Assembly: GCA_965277285.1 (NCBI GenBank) | Contig: OZ255721.1 | Coordinates: 1,280,001 to 1,344,000, forward strand | Direction: 5' to 3' | Length of the DNA: 64,000 nucleotides | DNA from: Abditibacteriaceae bacterium | GTDB taxonomy: Bacteria > Armatimonadota > Abditibacteriia > Abditibacteriales > Abditibacteriaceae | Shown here: positions 41,843 through 50,806 of the stretch, one piece after another | Layout of the letters: the number at the start of each line of letters is the position of its first letter | Position numbering within the stretch: the stretch's first letter is position 1 | The notes under the pieces: generated by a model | What the model was told of the DNA's origin: nothing | Databases searched by the model: none | Seen by the model: the letters and a program-made list of their open reading frames with translations, nothing else | Program-made: the position numbers and the translations under genes

Positions 41843-42699
41843 GAGGGTGTATAGGAAAGGGTTAGACTTACATTTATGAAACGCCAGAGCTATCCCAGTG
41901 ATTTGAGCGAGGCACAATGGCAAGTGCTGCGCCCTTTGATCGAGCCACAGCGTGCGCGCGGTACGCGCAGGCTTTACGCCCAACGCGAGATCGTCAACGC
42001 TTTGTTGTATCAGTTGACCAACGGCTGCTCGTGGCGTGCTTTGCCTCACGATTTTCCGCCTTACACTGTGGTTTGGTATCACTTCCGGCGCTGGCGTGAC
42101 AACGGCACTCTCGAAGGTATCCACAGTTCGTTGCGTTCTCAAGTGCGCCAGGCCGATGGACGGGATGAGGCGCCCAGCGCAGCGATTCTGGACAGCCAGA
42201 GCGTCAAAACCACAGAAAAAGGGGGCCAAAAGGCTTTGATGCAGCCAAGAAAATAAAAGGGCGCAAGCGTCATATTCTGGTGGATACCAACGGCTTGTTG
42301 TTGCAAGTGTGTGTTCATGCTGCCAACGTTCAAGAGCGTGACGGAGCCAAATTACTTTTGCAAGACAAAGCCCTGTGGCGCTTTCCTTCACAACGTTTGC
42401 AGTTGATTTGGGCGGATGCAGGCTACTGGGGACACAAGTTCGCGGCTTGGGTGCGAGAAAACTGTGGCGTTGCGCTCCGAGTGATAAGCCGCAATGCCCT
42501 GGTGAACCGTCAATATGAAAACAAAGGCTACGTGCCGTTGCCGCGTCGCTGGGTTGTCGAAAGAACTTTTGCATGGTTGGGAAGATGTCGAAGGCTTTCA
42601 AAAGACTATGAGCAAAATGTCAAATCAAGTGAAACCTGGATTTATCTCGCCATGATCCGGCTTATGCTCCGAAGGCTTGCGTGATTCCTATACACCCTC
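41843..42699 (+). mobile_element. IS5-family (IS1031 group) insertion sequence, 857 bp, copy 2, inserted in a family A palindrome
   Basis: Same IRs as copy 1; flanks TTA/TCA; family A arm sequence GCTGCGC|TCAGAATGACA is split by the element. Confidence 0.95.
41876..42684 (+). CDS. IS5-family transposase (ORF A 41876-42256 plus ORF B to 42684, probable -1 frameshift at AAAAAGGGGG 42216-42225)
   Basis: Translations identical to copy 1; the -1 frame reads [24 protein letters not shown]. Confidence 0.9.
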
Positions 42700-42866
42700 T
42701 CAGAATGACACAATGCCGCTTCCAAGCGTTTTTCGTTGCTTTTGGGTTTTCCTATACGCCCTCTCAAAAGGACAAACTCTTAGTGGGGTGGCGTTTCGTT
42801 TACGTTCTTGACGAATTCAGCGGCAGCGTATCGAGTACTGGAAATCACTTTATGCCTTTTTCTTCC

Positions 42867-44078
42867 ATGCCAATTCGGGTTTTATTGGTGGATAATTCGC
42901 CGATGGCGTTAGCGCTGCAACAAAAAATGTTGGCCAGCGCGCCGAACATCGAAGTGGTGGCGACCGCTGCGAACGGGCAAGAAGCCTTGCGCTTGCTGCC
43001 TGAAATGAAACCTCACGTCGTGTGCACCGACTTTCAAATGCCCGTTATGAGCGGTCTGGAACTGGTGCAAAATATTATGGTGACCGCGCCGTGTCCGGTT
43101 TTAATCGTCAGTTCGCTGGTGCAAACTTCCGAACACGATAAACTCTTGCCATTGCTCGCGGCAGGCGCCATTGATGTTTTCCTCAAGCCCACGCCGATGC
43201 AGGATTTCGAGTCCACAGCGCGCGCCTTCACCGAAAAAATTCGCGTTCTGGCTGGCGTTTTCGTTTTCGCGCGCCGCGTCGCAGCAGCGCCAAACGCAAC
43301 GCCAACCGTATCTCCCACCGCATCGGTCGACCCAGTTTCTACGCCGCAGCGAAATTCCGTTCCACCAACGAAAAGCCCACCTTTCGAGTACTCGAAAGCG
43401 ATTTCTACGCCGCCAACATCCACGCCGCCAACATCCACGTCGCTGGTCAACGATTGGGCGTCGAGCGCAAAAACGGCGGACGCCATCAAAATTGTCGGCA
43501 TCGGTTCATCAACCGGTGGGCCGCAGGTTTTGCAGCAGATTTTTTCGCAGTTGCCAGCGAACTTTCCGCATCCTATTTTATGCGTGCAACACATCAGCGC
43601 CGGTTTTCTGGCCGGCCTGGTCGATTGGCTTGATGCGTCCAGCCGCGTGCGCGTCAAGGTGATGAAAGAAGGCGAAATCGCGCGCGGCGGCACCGTTTAT
43701 TTTCCTGTCGAAGGCTGCCACATGACGATTGATGCCGACGGTCGCTTGCGTTCTTCCAGCGCCGCGCTGCAGGATGGACATCGACCTTCGGCGACGACAT
43801 TGTTCAATTCGCTGGCGCAAAGTTATGGCGAAACTGTTTTGGCCATTTTGTTGACAGGAATGGGAGAAGATGGCGCGCGTGGTTTATATCAGGTTTTTGA
43901 AGCCGGAGGACAAACAATCGCGCAAAACGAAACTTCGTGCGTGGTATTTGGAATGCCGCGCAAGGCCATCGAGTTGGGAGCCGCGCAGCAGATTCTGTCG
44001 CCAGACGAAATCGTGAAAGTGCTGCAGCGTCACAGCGAATCGCGGCGCTTAGCAACGATGCCGCATCGCTCGGCCTGA
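42867..44078 (+). CDS. cheB: CheB methylesterase (WspF-like)
   Basis: Receiver domain, Pro/Thr linker, GSSTGGP, VQH, LTGMGEDG catalytic motifs. Confidence 0.93.
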   Translation: MPIRVLLVDNSPMALALQQKMLASAPNIEVVATAANGQEALRLLPEMKPHVVCTDFQMPVMSGLELVQNIMVTAPCPVLIVSSLVQTSEHDKLLPLLAAGAIDVFLKPTPMQDFESTARAFTEKIRVLAGVFVFARRVAAAPNATPTVSPTASVDPVSTPQRNSVPPTKSPPFEYSKAISTPPTSTPPTSTSLVNDWASSAKTADAIKIVGIGSSTGGPQVLQQIFSQLPANFPHPILCVQHISAGFLAGLVDWLDASSRVRVKVMKEGEIARGGTVYFPVEGCHMTIDADGRLRSSSAALQDGHRPSATTLFNSLAQSYGETVLAILLTGMGEDGARGLYQVFEAGGQTIAQNETSCVVFGMPRKAIELGAAQQILSPDEIVKVLQRHSESRRLATMPHRSA

Positions 44079-44173
44079 GTTGCAGACAATTGTTTGCATA
44101 ATTTTCATAAAAAGCGAAACTGGCCACCAAAGATGAAGTCTCGCACCGTCCGCGAGAAGGAACACGCCTACAA

Positions 44174-45598
44174 ATGCCGACGACTTTGCACATTTCTTCC
44201 TTGAACGAACTATCGGATGACAAATTGGCGGCGGTACTTCGAGTACTCGAAGTACCAGCACAACAGCAGGCGACGCGCTCCGCACTCGCGTCCGAAATCT
44301 TGGCGTATTACTGCGCGGCGCCCAATAATCTTGGTCGGGAAGACGCAGACCAAGAAAACAATTGTCCAATAGAAGAACGCCCGAACCTTCGCGACGAAGA
44401 ACAAACCAATGTCTGTGAGGACGGCGCGACCTCGCCGATAGTGGCGGCGCCCGAAATTCTGATTGTGGAAGATAGCCGTCTGCAAGCAAAAGTTCTGCAG
44501 AATATGTTGGGCGCGCGTGGCTATCGTGCACGCATCGCGTCCGATGGTGCGCAAGGTTTGGCGATGGCGCGCGAACGTCGTCCCGACCTAATTCTGAGCG
44601 ACATCGTAATGCCCATTATGGACGGCTATGCGATGTGCGCGCAGCTCAAAAGCGACGAAAGCTTGCGCGAGGTTCCAGTGGTTTTGCTGACCGCGCTTTC
44701 CGATATTGAAGATGTCGTGCTGGGTTTGGAAGCGCGCGCCGACTTTTACCTGACCAAGCCTTACGATCAGGAATTTTTGCTTTCCATGGTGCGCGATGCG
44801 CTGCGCGTTGCGCCCAGTTACTCTTTCGAGTACTCGAAAGACAAAGACGAGGCGCCACTCGTTTTTTATATCGGCGGCCAAAAACGCGTCATTCATTCCG
44901 ACCGCCGCCAGATTTTGAATTTGTTGCTTTCGACTTATGGCAATGCCATCGAGCAAAATCGCGCCTTGGTTCGCGCGCAAAACGAACTGCAGCGCTTGAA
45001 CGACGAATTGCACGAACGAACGCGTCAAATTGCCGAACAGCAAAGCGAACTCGAACAAATCAACGCGTATTTGCAAACCATCGCCACGCACGACGGCTTG
45101 ACGACTTTGAAAAACCATACCGCGTTTAAAAACCAGCTCAGCCTCGAAGTCGAGCACGCTTCGCATATCAGCCAGCCTTTGTCGCTGCTGCTGATGGATG
45201 TCGATTTCTTCAAGCAATTTAACGATACATTTGGCCATCCGGCGGGCGACGAAGTGTTGCGTCGCGTGGCGCACCTGATCAAACGCGAATGCCGCGAAGC
45301 CGATTTTACGGCGCGCTATGGCGGCGAAGAGTTCGCCATGCTGTTGCCGCAAACGCCGCACGAATTGGCGCTCGTGCTGGCCGAACGATTGCGCATGGCC
45401 ATCGAAAACGAAGTTTGGCCGCTGCGCAACATCACCGTCAGCGTCGGCGCGGCCACCTTCCGCGATACTTATTCGACTCCCGACACCGAATTCGCTCTCC
45501 TCGAAGCCGCCGACCAGGCGCTTTATTGTTCCAAGCGTGCAGGACGCAACTGCACCACGCATTCCGCCGACATCAACAACGAAACGTCTGAAGATTGA
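44174..45598 (+). CDS. Receiver plus GGDEF diguanylate cyclase (WspR-like)
   Basis: Receiver VEDS..SDIVMP, coiled coil, THDGLT, DVDFFKQFND, RxxD I-site (READ) and RYGGEEF. Confidence 0.92.
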   Translation: MPTTLHISSLNELSDDKLAAVLRVLEVPAQQQATRSALASEILAYYCAAPNNLGREDADQENNCPIEERPNLRDEEQTNVCEDGATSPIVAAPEILIVEDSRLQAKVLQNMLGARGYRARIASDGAQGLAMARERRPDLILSDIVMPIMDGYAMCAQLKSDESLREVPVVLLTALSDIEDVVLGLEARADFYLTKPYDQEFLLSMVRDALRVAPSYSFEYSKDKDEAPLVFYIGGQKRVIHSDRRQILNLLLSTYGNAIEQNRALVRAQNELQRLNDELHERTRQIAEQQSELEQINAYLQTIATHDGLTTLKNHTAFKNQLSLEVEHASHISQPLSLLLMDVDFFKQFNDTFGHPAGDEVLRRVAHLIKRECREADFTARYGGEEFAMLLPQTPHELALVLAERLRMAIENEVWPLRNITVSVGAATFRDTYSTPDTEFALLEAADQALYCSKRAGRNCTTHSADINNETSED

Positions 45599-45772
45599 AC
45601 CGCCAAGACGCTAAGGCAACAAAGCGCTTAAACGTTTCATATAAGTCAGAACCCCAAGCGTGAGCGCGCGGCTAACGTAGACGTAACTTCAGCCCCGCGC
45701 TTACGCTTGGGGTTCGTTTTGATGACGATTACCTGCTCTAAATTTCCGCGTTTTAGCGCCTTAGCGGTTCAA
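45595..45772. repeat. Nested palindromes: outer TTGAACCGCCAAGACGCTAA IR enclosing a family C element (45649-45715)
   Basis: Outer arms TTGAACCGCCAAGACGCTAA / TTAGCGCCTTAGCGGTTCAA; inner GAACCCCAAGCGTGAGCGCG...CGCGCTTACGCTTGGGGTTC. Confidence 0.7.
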
Positions 45773-45785
45773 TTATTCAGAAGTT

Positions 45786-46565
45786 TTATCGCGCCAAAGT
45801 CAAGGCGTAAACGTTTTGCGCGCCGCCGTTTTTCAGAACACGCGCGCATTCGCCCATCGTCGCGCCAGTTGTATAAACGTCGTCAATCAACAAAATTGTC
45901 GCGCCTTTCAAAGAGATATTTTCCTTCAGTGCGAAAGCACCTTTGACATTTTCTGCGCGTCCACTGCGCGAAAGTTCGACTTGCGGCGTTGTCCAGCGCG
46001 TACGAACCAAAAGTTGAGCGAACGGAACATCCACCAATTGACTCAATTCGCGCGCCAATAGCTCACTTTGATTGTAGCCGCGACTGCGCTGACGCCGCGC
46101 ATGAAGCGGAACCGCGACGATGTGCGTCAATTCTTCAACAGGGACAAATCGAGTACTCGATTGGCGCAAATAATCGTGCATCAAGGCCGCTAAAGGTCGC
46201 GCCAGCGCAGTTTTATTTTCATATTTCAAGCGATGCACGGCATGGCGAATCGCACCTTCAAAAACATAGAGCGAACGGCTGGCACGAAACGGCGGCGAGG
46301 CGTGATAGCGATTGGCGCGACATTCCGTGCAAACGTCCGCCGACTGCGCACCGACATCGAAAGGCGTCCCGCAAATTGCACAAAATGGCGCAGAAATCGG
46401 CTGCAAGGTGCGCGCGCAAACTTCGCAAAAAAATGCGCGGCTCCACGTTTCGCAACCGTTTTGCACTCCGCTACAACGCGGCGGAAAAACCGCGTCCAAA
46501 ACCAAGTGTGACCAGGAAGATTTGAGTTCGGGAACGGTTTTCGTCGAGTGTGCGGAATCCGGCAT
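45786..46565 (-). CDS. comF: ComF family protein (double zinc ribbon plus PRTase)
   Basis: FPPRC, CxxC pairs, LKY, VPLH, RGYNQ, LIDDVYTTGAT. Confidence 0.92.
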   Translation of the reverse strand: MPDSAHSTKTVPELKSSWSHLVLDAVFPPRCSGVQNGCETWSRAFFCEVCARTLQPISAPFCAICGTPFDVGAQSADVCTECRANRYHASPPFRASRSLYVFEGAIRHAVHRLKYENKTALARPLAALMHDYLRQSSTRFVPVEELTHIVAVPLHARRQRSRGYNQSELLARELSQLVDVPFAQLLVRTRWTTPQVELSRSGRAENVKGAFALKENISLKGATILLIDDVYTTGATMGECARVLKNGGAQNVYALTLAR

Positions 46566-46589
46566 AGTTTTTGCTCTATGTTGTCGGGT

Positions 46590-46618
46590 TTGACAAGTCT
46601 CTTCAGTTCGTTTACAAT
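46590..46618 (+). promoter_or_regulatory. Consensus-like sigma70 promoter
   Basis: TTGACA-N17-TACAAT upstream of the NlpC/P60 gene. Confidence 0.65.
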
Positions 46619-46865
46619 AGGTTGCACGTTGAGCCGACCGGCATTTCTTGAGTGAGGTCGGCTTTTTTGCGGGAAAGGCATTTTATCTCAAAGCGTTCGG
46701 CAGCGAAAGTTTTGGTGTTCCCGCCGGACAAGCGACACAATGGTAGTTTTGTTGACTGCTTTGGTTGGATGCTTGACCGAGAAGCGATCTTATTTTTGTT
46801 GTCGCGATGAGTTGTCAGTTGACAGCTTCGTCACCGAGCGACCAGTAACGAGCATAGAGGAGCCT

Positions 46866-48857
46866 ATGACCTTGACTCGCCAGAGGCACGACGGAACGAG
46901 CCATTCCCCTTCCCTGTCCCACTTTTCGACCGATATTTCCTGCGATCTCGCACCTAACACCGCCGAGTTCGCCGACGCAACACATTCCGTTGCGCTTTCC
47001 CCGATTTCTTCATTGTCGCAACGTTCGCCATTGATGCAACGCGCCGCTCATGTCGTTGTGGGCGCGTCTTTGTGCGCTTTGGCGGCTTTGCCTGCGTCGG
47101 CACGCGTACGTCGCATGGTTGGCGTGCCAGGCTGGACGAGCGGCTCGGAAACGTATCTGCGCGCGCGTCCAGGCGAGAAAACGCCTGCGGTAGCCAAAGT
47201 CCCGCGTCATACCAAAGTTTACGTATGGGGAACTTTTGAGGGCTGGTATCGCGTTGAAACTTCCGACCACATTTTTGGCTGGGTTCATCACAGCGTTTTG
47301 AGCGCGCCGGACGCAGACCGCTTGTCCGAATTGTCGCACCGTAAAGCGATTCTCGCATCTGATCGCACCGGCAATCAGAAAATGTATGGTGGTTCGCCTG
47401 AGCAGCGTCGCATCGCTGTTAATCACCCGAAATCGAGTACTCGAAACGTCAGCGCCAAAACCCCAGAAACCAAACTCGCCGTTCCCGTCGCCGTGCAAGC
47501 GAACAACGTTGCGCCCGCGCAAACTTTGGCCGAAAAAGCCGCGGAAGTGCGCGCGTTGGAAGCACAAACCGCAGCAGCCAAAGCGGAATTAGTTCGCGCG
47601 CAGAATGAAGCGGCGCGCGCCGAACATTTGAAGGCCGAAAAGCAAAACTCGCAGCAGTTGAGCGCCGCGCAAATCGTGGCGCACGACAAAGCCATCAAGC
47701 TGGAGGAGCAGCGCATCGCCAAGGCGCAGGCCGACGCGAAGTTGCAGGAAGCCGCGCATCAGGCGCGCCTGGCGCAGCAGCAACTCGATCATCAATTGCG
47801 TTTGGTGCAGCAGGAAAAAGATCGCCAGAATCGTGTGGCGTCTTACAAAGCGCGTCTGGCGCAAGAGCAAATGAACGCTGCATCGCGTCGCCAGCAGCGC
47901 ATCGCAGCGTGGAAAGCGCGCGAAGCAGCGCACCAACAGCGTTTGGCGTGGCGCCAGCAGCGCATCCGCGACCGCCAGCAGCGCTTGGCGATGGAGCGTT
48001 CTCAACTGCGCAGCAGGCTGGGCACACAAGTCAGTGCGCCCACGAATGTGGCCAGCGTTCAACAGAATGCGCCCGCCGCTTTGCGTCCTTTGACGCCTTC
48101 CGAATTGATGAAGGCGCGCGAAGAATACCTCAACGGTCAGAAAAGATCGCAGCCAAGTGTCGCCACCAGCAGCAACGCAGCAGCGGCGAATTCCGACGCA
48201 GGCGCCGCCACAGCGCAAAACCAATCGGGAAGCAGCGCGATACAGGAGGATGGAGTTCAAGTTACGCCGTCAACATTTGCGCCGTCTGCATCGCCTTCCA
48301 CTTCCATGCTGTTGATGGCACCCACCAAAGCGCCGTTGGCCGTTAAAACAGTGCGTCTGGCGAAGATTGCGCCGCAACTTGGGCCACGCGCCCTGGCGTA
48401 TCGTGGCGGTTCACCGATGATGCGCTATATGAATCGTGGCGGTTCGCCGCGCGATTATGCGCGCTTGCCGGGCGAAGGCTCGTTGTTCGGTCAAACCCTT
48501 GTTAAACAAGCCTTGGCTTATCGTGGAATGCCCTACATCATGGGCGCAGCATCACCTTCGCGCGGTTTCGATTGCTCTGGCTTGATTTATTATATGCTGC
48601 GACAACGCGGTTATAATCCGCCGCGCACCGCTGCCGGATTGTCGCATTACGGCATTGCCGTTGCGCGCAAAGATTTACAACCTGGCGATATTTTGTTGTT
48701 TGCCAACACTTACAAGCGTGGCATCTCGCACGCCGGAATTTATATGGGCAACGGAATGTTCGTTCACGCTGCCAATCCCAGCCGTGGCGTCAGCACCAAT
48801 TCGCTGAGCGACCGCTATTACGCCAGCAAATACTGGGGCGCGCGACGCGTCAAATAA
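46866..48857 (+). CDS. SH3 plus coiled-coil plus NlpC/P60 cell-wall endopeptidase
   Basis: YLRARPG...GWYRV...GWVH (SH3b); GMPYIMG, GFDCSGL, PGDILLF, HAGIYMG, FVHA; GAGGAG RBS. Confidence 0.9.
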   Translation: MTLTRQRHDGTSHSPSLSHFSTDISCDLAPNTAEFADATHSVALSPISSLSQRSPLMQRAAHVVVGASLCALAALPASARVRRMVGVPGWTSGSETYLRARPGEKTPAVAKVPRHTKVYVWGTFEGWYRVETSDHIFGWVHHSVLSAPDADRLSELSHRKAILASDRTGNQKMYGGSPEQRRIAVNHPKSSTRNVSAKTPETKLAVPVAVQANNVAPAQTLAEKAAEVRALEAQTAAAKAELVRAQNEAARAEHLKAEKQNSQQLSAAQIVAHDKAIKLEEQRIAKAQADAKLQEAAHQARLAQQQLDHQLRLVQQEKDRQNRVASYKARLAQEQMNAASRRQQRIAAWKAREAAHQQRLAWRQQRIRDRQQRLAMERSQLRSRLGTQVSAPTNVASVQQNAPAALRPLTPSELMKAREEYLNGQKRSQPSVATSSNAAAANSDAGAATAQNQSGSSAIQEDGVQVTPSTFAPSASPSTSMLLMAPTKAPLAVKTVRLAKIAPQLGPRALAYRGGSPMMRYMNRGGSPRDYARLPGEGSLFGQTLVKQALAYRGMPYIMGAASPSRGFDCSGLIYYMLRQRGYNPPRTAAGLSHYGIAVARKDLQPGDILLFANTYKRGISHAGIYMGNGMFVHAANPSRGVSTNSLSDRYYASKYWGARRVK

Positions 48858-48869
48858 CGTTGTCGAGTA

Positions 48870-48943
48870 AAACAAAAAAGTCCAACATGAAAGCGATTGA
48901 GTACACGCGTCCTCAATCGCTTTCATGTTGGACTTTTTTGTTT
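48870..48943 (+). terminator. Long-stem intrinsic terminator
   Basis: 32-bp IR AAACAAAAAAGTCCAACATGAAAGCGATTGAG / CTCAATCGCTTTCATGTTGGACTTTTTTGTTT after the NlpC/P60 stop. Confidence 0.75.
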
Positions 48944-48944
48944 C

Positions 48945-49008
48945 AACCCAAGTCGCTACCAATGATTGCCTGCGAGTGAACTCGCAGGGCCTGATGGCAA
49001 CTTGAATT
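48945..49008. repeat. Family B element, short or empty form
   Basis: AACCCAAGTCGCTACC..TGCCTGCGAGTGAACTCGCAGGGC..GGCAACTTGAATT; lacks the internal core. Confidence 0.7.
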
Positions 49009-49086
49009 ATTTATCGCGCCTGAGGAACGTTCTTCGAGTACTCGATGGCTGCGACAACGACCGCACACAAACGATAAACTGCGTTC

Positions 49087-49743
49087 GTGACCTTTCCTCC
49101 CGAACTTCCACCTCCATCAAATTCTGATTCGTCTTCATCGCCGCAATATCTACCGCCGCCAATCCCTTATCCAGGTGGCGACATGCGCTCGCCAACGGAG
49201 AGGCCCGCAGAACTTCCGTTGCGCACGCCAGCGCGCCGCTTGGCACTGCAAACCATGAAAGAAGCGCTGGCGCTCTGCGTTGCCAACGTGTTTTTAGGCG
49301 TAAGTTTGACTGCGCTGGGTTGGAAGTTTTTTTTGCCCAGCGATGCCAACAGCAGCGACCTGGAAAAGATGTCGTCGCGCCCTTTGGTCCTGTTTTTAAT
49401 GGTCGTCGTTTTAGCGCCGATTCTCGAAGAAACGATTTTTCGCGGCACCTCGTCGCTAATTGTGCGCGGCATCTGGAAACTGCGCCAGTGGAGCGTTGAA
49501 GCGCGCAACAATTGGTATTGGATCGTTGGTTCCATTTCGGCGTTTCTGTTTTCCATCGCGCACGGCGTCGGCGACAATCGAATGCACTTGCCGCTGCCGC
49601 AATTGATTATGGGATTTTTGTTGTGGCGCACAGCGATGCAGCGCGGCCTGCGCTACAGTATGTTGATGCACGCGACCTACAATACGCTGCCCGCCTTACT
49701 GATGCTGGCGCAATTGATATTCGAGCACAAAGTTCGCCATTAA
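49087..49743 (+). CDS. CPBP/CAAX-family intramembrane metalloprotease
   Basis: APILEETIFRG, FSIAH, HATYN motifs with TMs. Confidence 0.85.
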   Translation: MTFPPELPPPSNSDSSSSPQYLPPPIPYPGGDMRSPTERPAELPLRTPARRLALQTMKEALALCVANVFLGVSLTALGWKFFLPSDANSSDLEKMSSRPLVLFLMVVVLAPILEETIFRGTSSLIVRGIWKLRQWSVEARNNWYWIVGSISAFLFSIAHGVGDNRMHLPLPQLIMGFLLWRTAMQRGLRYSMLMHATYNTLPALLMLAQLIFEHKVRH

Positions 49744-50212
49744 AAAAGCGAAATTCGCTGAGTTGAGAAGTATCGAGTACTCGATATAACAAAAGTGCAA
49801 AGCAAGAGTTCTTGCTTTGCACTTTCAGTGTTTTCGTTTTGGACTTTGGCTGTGAGCGAGGCGTGAAAGGAAGACAATGCCGTTGTTTCCTCGCGCCATG
49901 AGTTTTCACGCGCTGATCCAACGTCCATCGAACAATTTCTCGCAGAGATGTCGCACCGTGTTTTGGGCCTTTGAGCCGCACACTAACGGTCTGAAGCAGG
50001 TTATTTGAAACTTCTTCCATGTTGCCCTGCTGTAGCGCAAGGCTCACAATCGCTTGCGAGACGTGCCTTTCCTCACGCTTGAACCGCTTCTTAGCGCGTG
50101 GGTAATTATGACGATGAAGATGAGGGTATTCGGGAACAGCAATTCGTTCCCTATCGTAATCCTCTTGCTTCTTCCAATAAGGTGTTGTGCGGAGTTGCTT
50201 TTCAAATCGCAT
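49607..50212 (-). CDS. Basic hypothetical protein (3' end overlaps the CAAX gene; extent uncertain)
   Basis: MRFEKQLRTTPYWKKQEDYDRERI... fills the gap, but the ORF runs about 137 bp into the convergent gene. Confidence 0.35.
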   Translation of the reverse strand: MRFEKQLRTTPYWKKQEDYDRERIAVPEYPHLHRHNYPRAKKRFKREERHVSQAIVSLALQQGNMEEVSNNLLQTVSVRLKGPKHGATSLREIVRWTLDQRVKTHGARKQRHCLPFTPRSQPKSKTKTLKVQSKNSCFALLLYRVLDTSQLSEFRFFNGELCARISIAPASVRRAAYCRSRASTYCSAGRAASLCATTKIP

Positions 50213-50280
50213 GGTTTTCTCGCAACGTAATGCCTGATGGCGAAGCATAACACTTTCTACCACACCAAAACGCAACTTCC

Positions 50281-50688
50281 CTAAAGCTTAGCTTTCACCG
50301 TCAAGTCGCGCGTATCGTAGTAACCGCGAAAGAAAATAATTTTGCCGTCTTCGCTATATTCCAGCAGCGAAACGCCGTCGTATTTGACGGGTTGATTGTC
50401 ATTTGCGCTGCCTTCAGTTGTCCAGAAAAGTCCTGCCGCGTTTTCATCGACCGTGACGTGGTGAAAGGTGGAAAAGCAATCGCTCAACGACTTTTTGTAT
50501 TCGCTCCAAAAGCGCGTCGCACCTTCAAGGCCAGTTTCTTCCTTGCCAGTCAGTTGCAGCGCCGCGTTTGTCAGCCGGACATCCGCCGCGAAAAGTTCAA
50601 CCAACGGCGCGACGTGTTCCAGCGAACCTTTTTCCAATGCGTGCAAAGAGTCGATAAATTGCTGCGCCAACTGCGAAATGTCGTTCAT
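50281..50688 (-). CDS. SnoaL-like/NTF2 family protein
   Basis: LVELFAADV, YDGVSLLE..DGKI..FRGYYD; GAGGAG RBS. Confidence 0.85.
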   Translation of the reverse strand: MNDISQLAQQFIDSLHALEKGSLEHVAPLVELFAADVRLTNAALQLTGKEETGLEGATRFWSEYKKSLSDCFSTFHHVTVDENAAGLFWTTEGSANDNQPVKYDGVSLLEYSEDGKIIFFRGYYDTRDLTVKAKL

Positions 50689-50806
50689 TTGTTCTCCTCA
50701 ATTCGAGTACTCGATTTGCCTCCACGATGTTGCAATCTGCGCACCCGCGCCGCGCAGGAAAGCCCTTGTTAAACTGTCAGCGCAAAACAATTGAGGAGTT
50801 TTTTCG

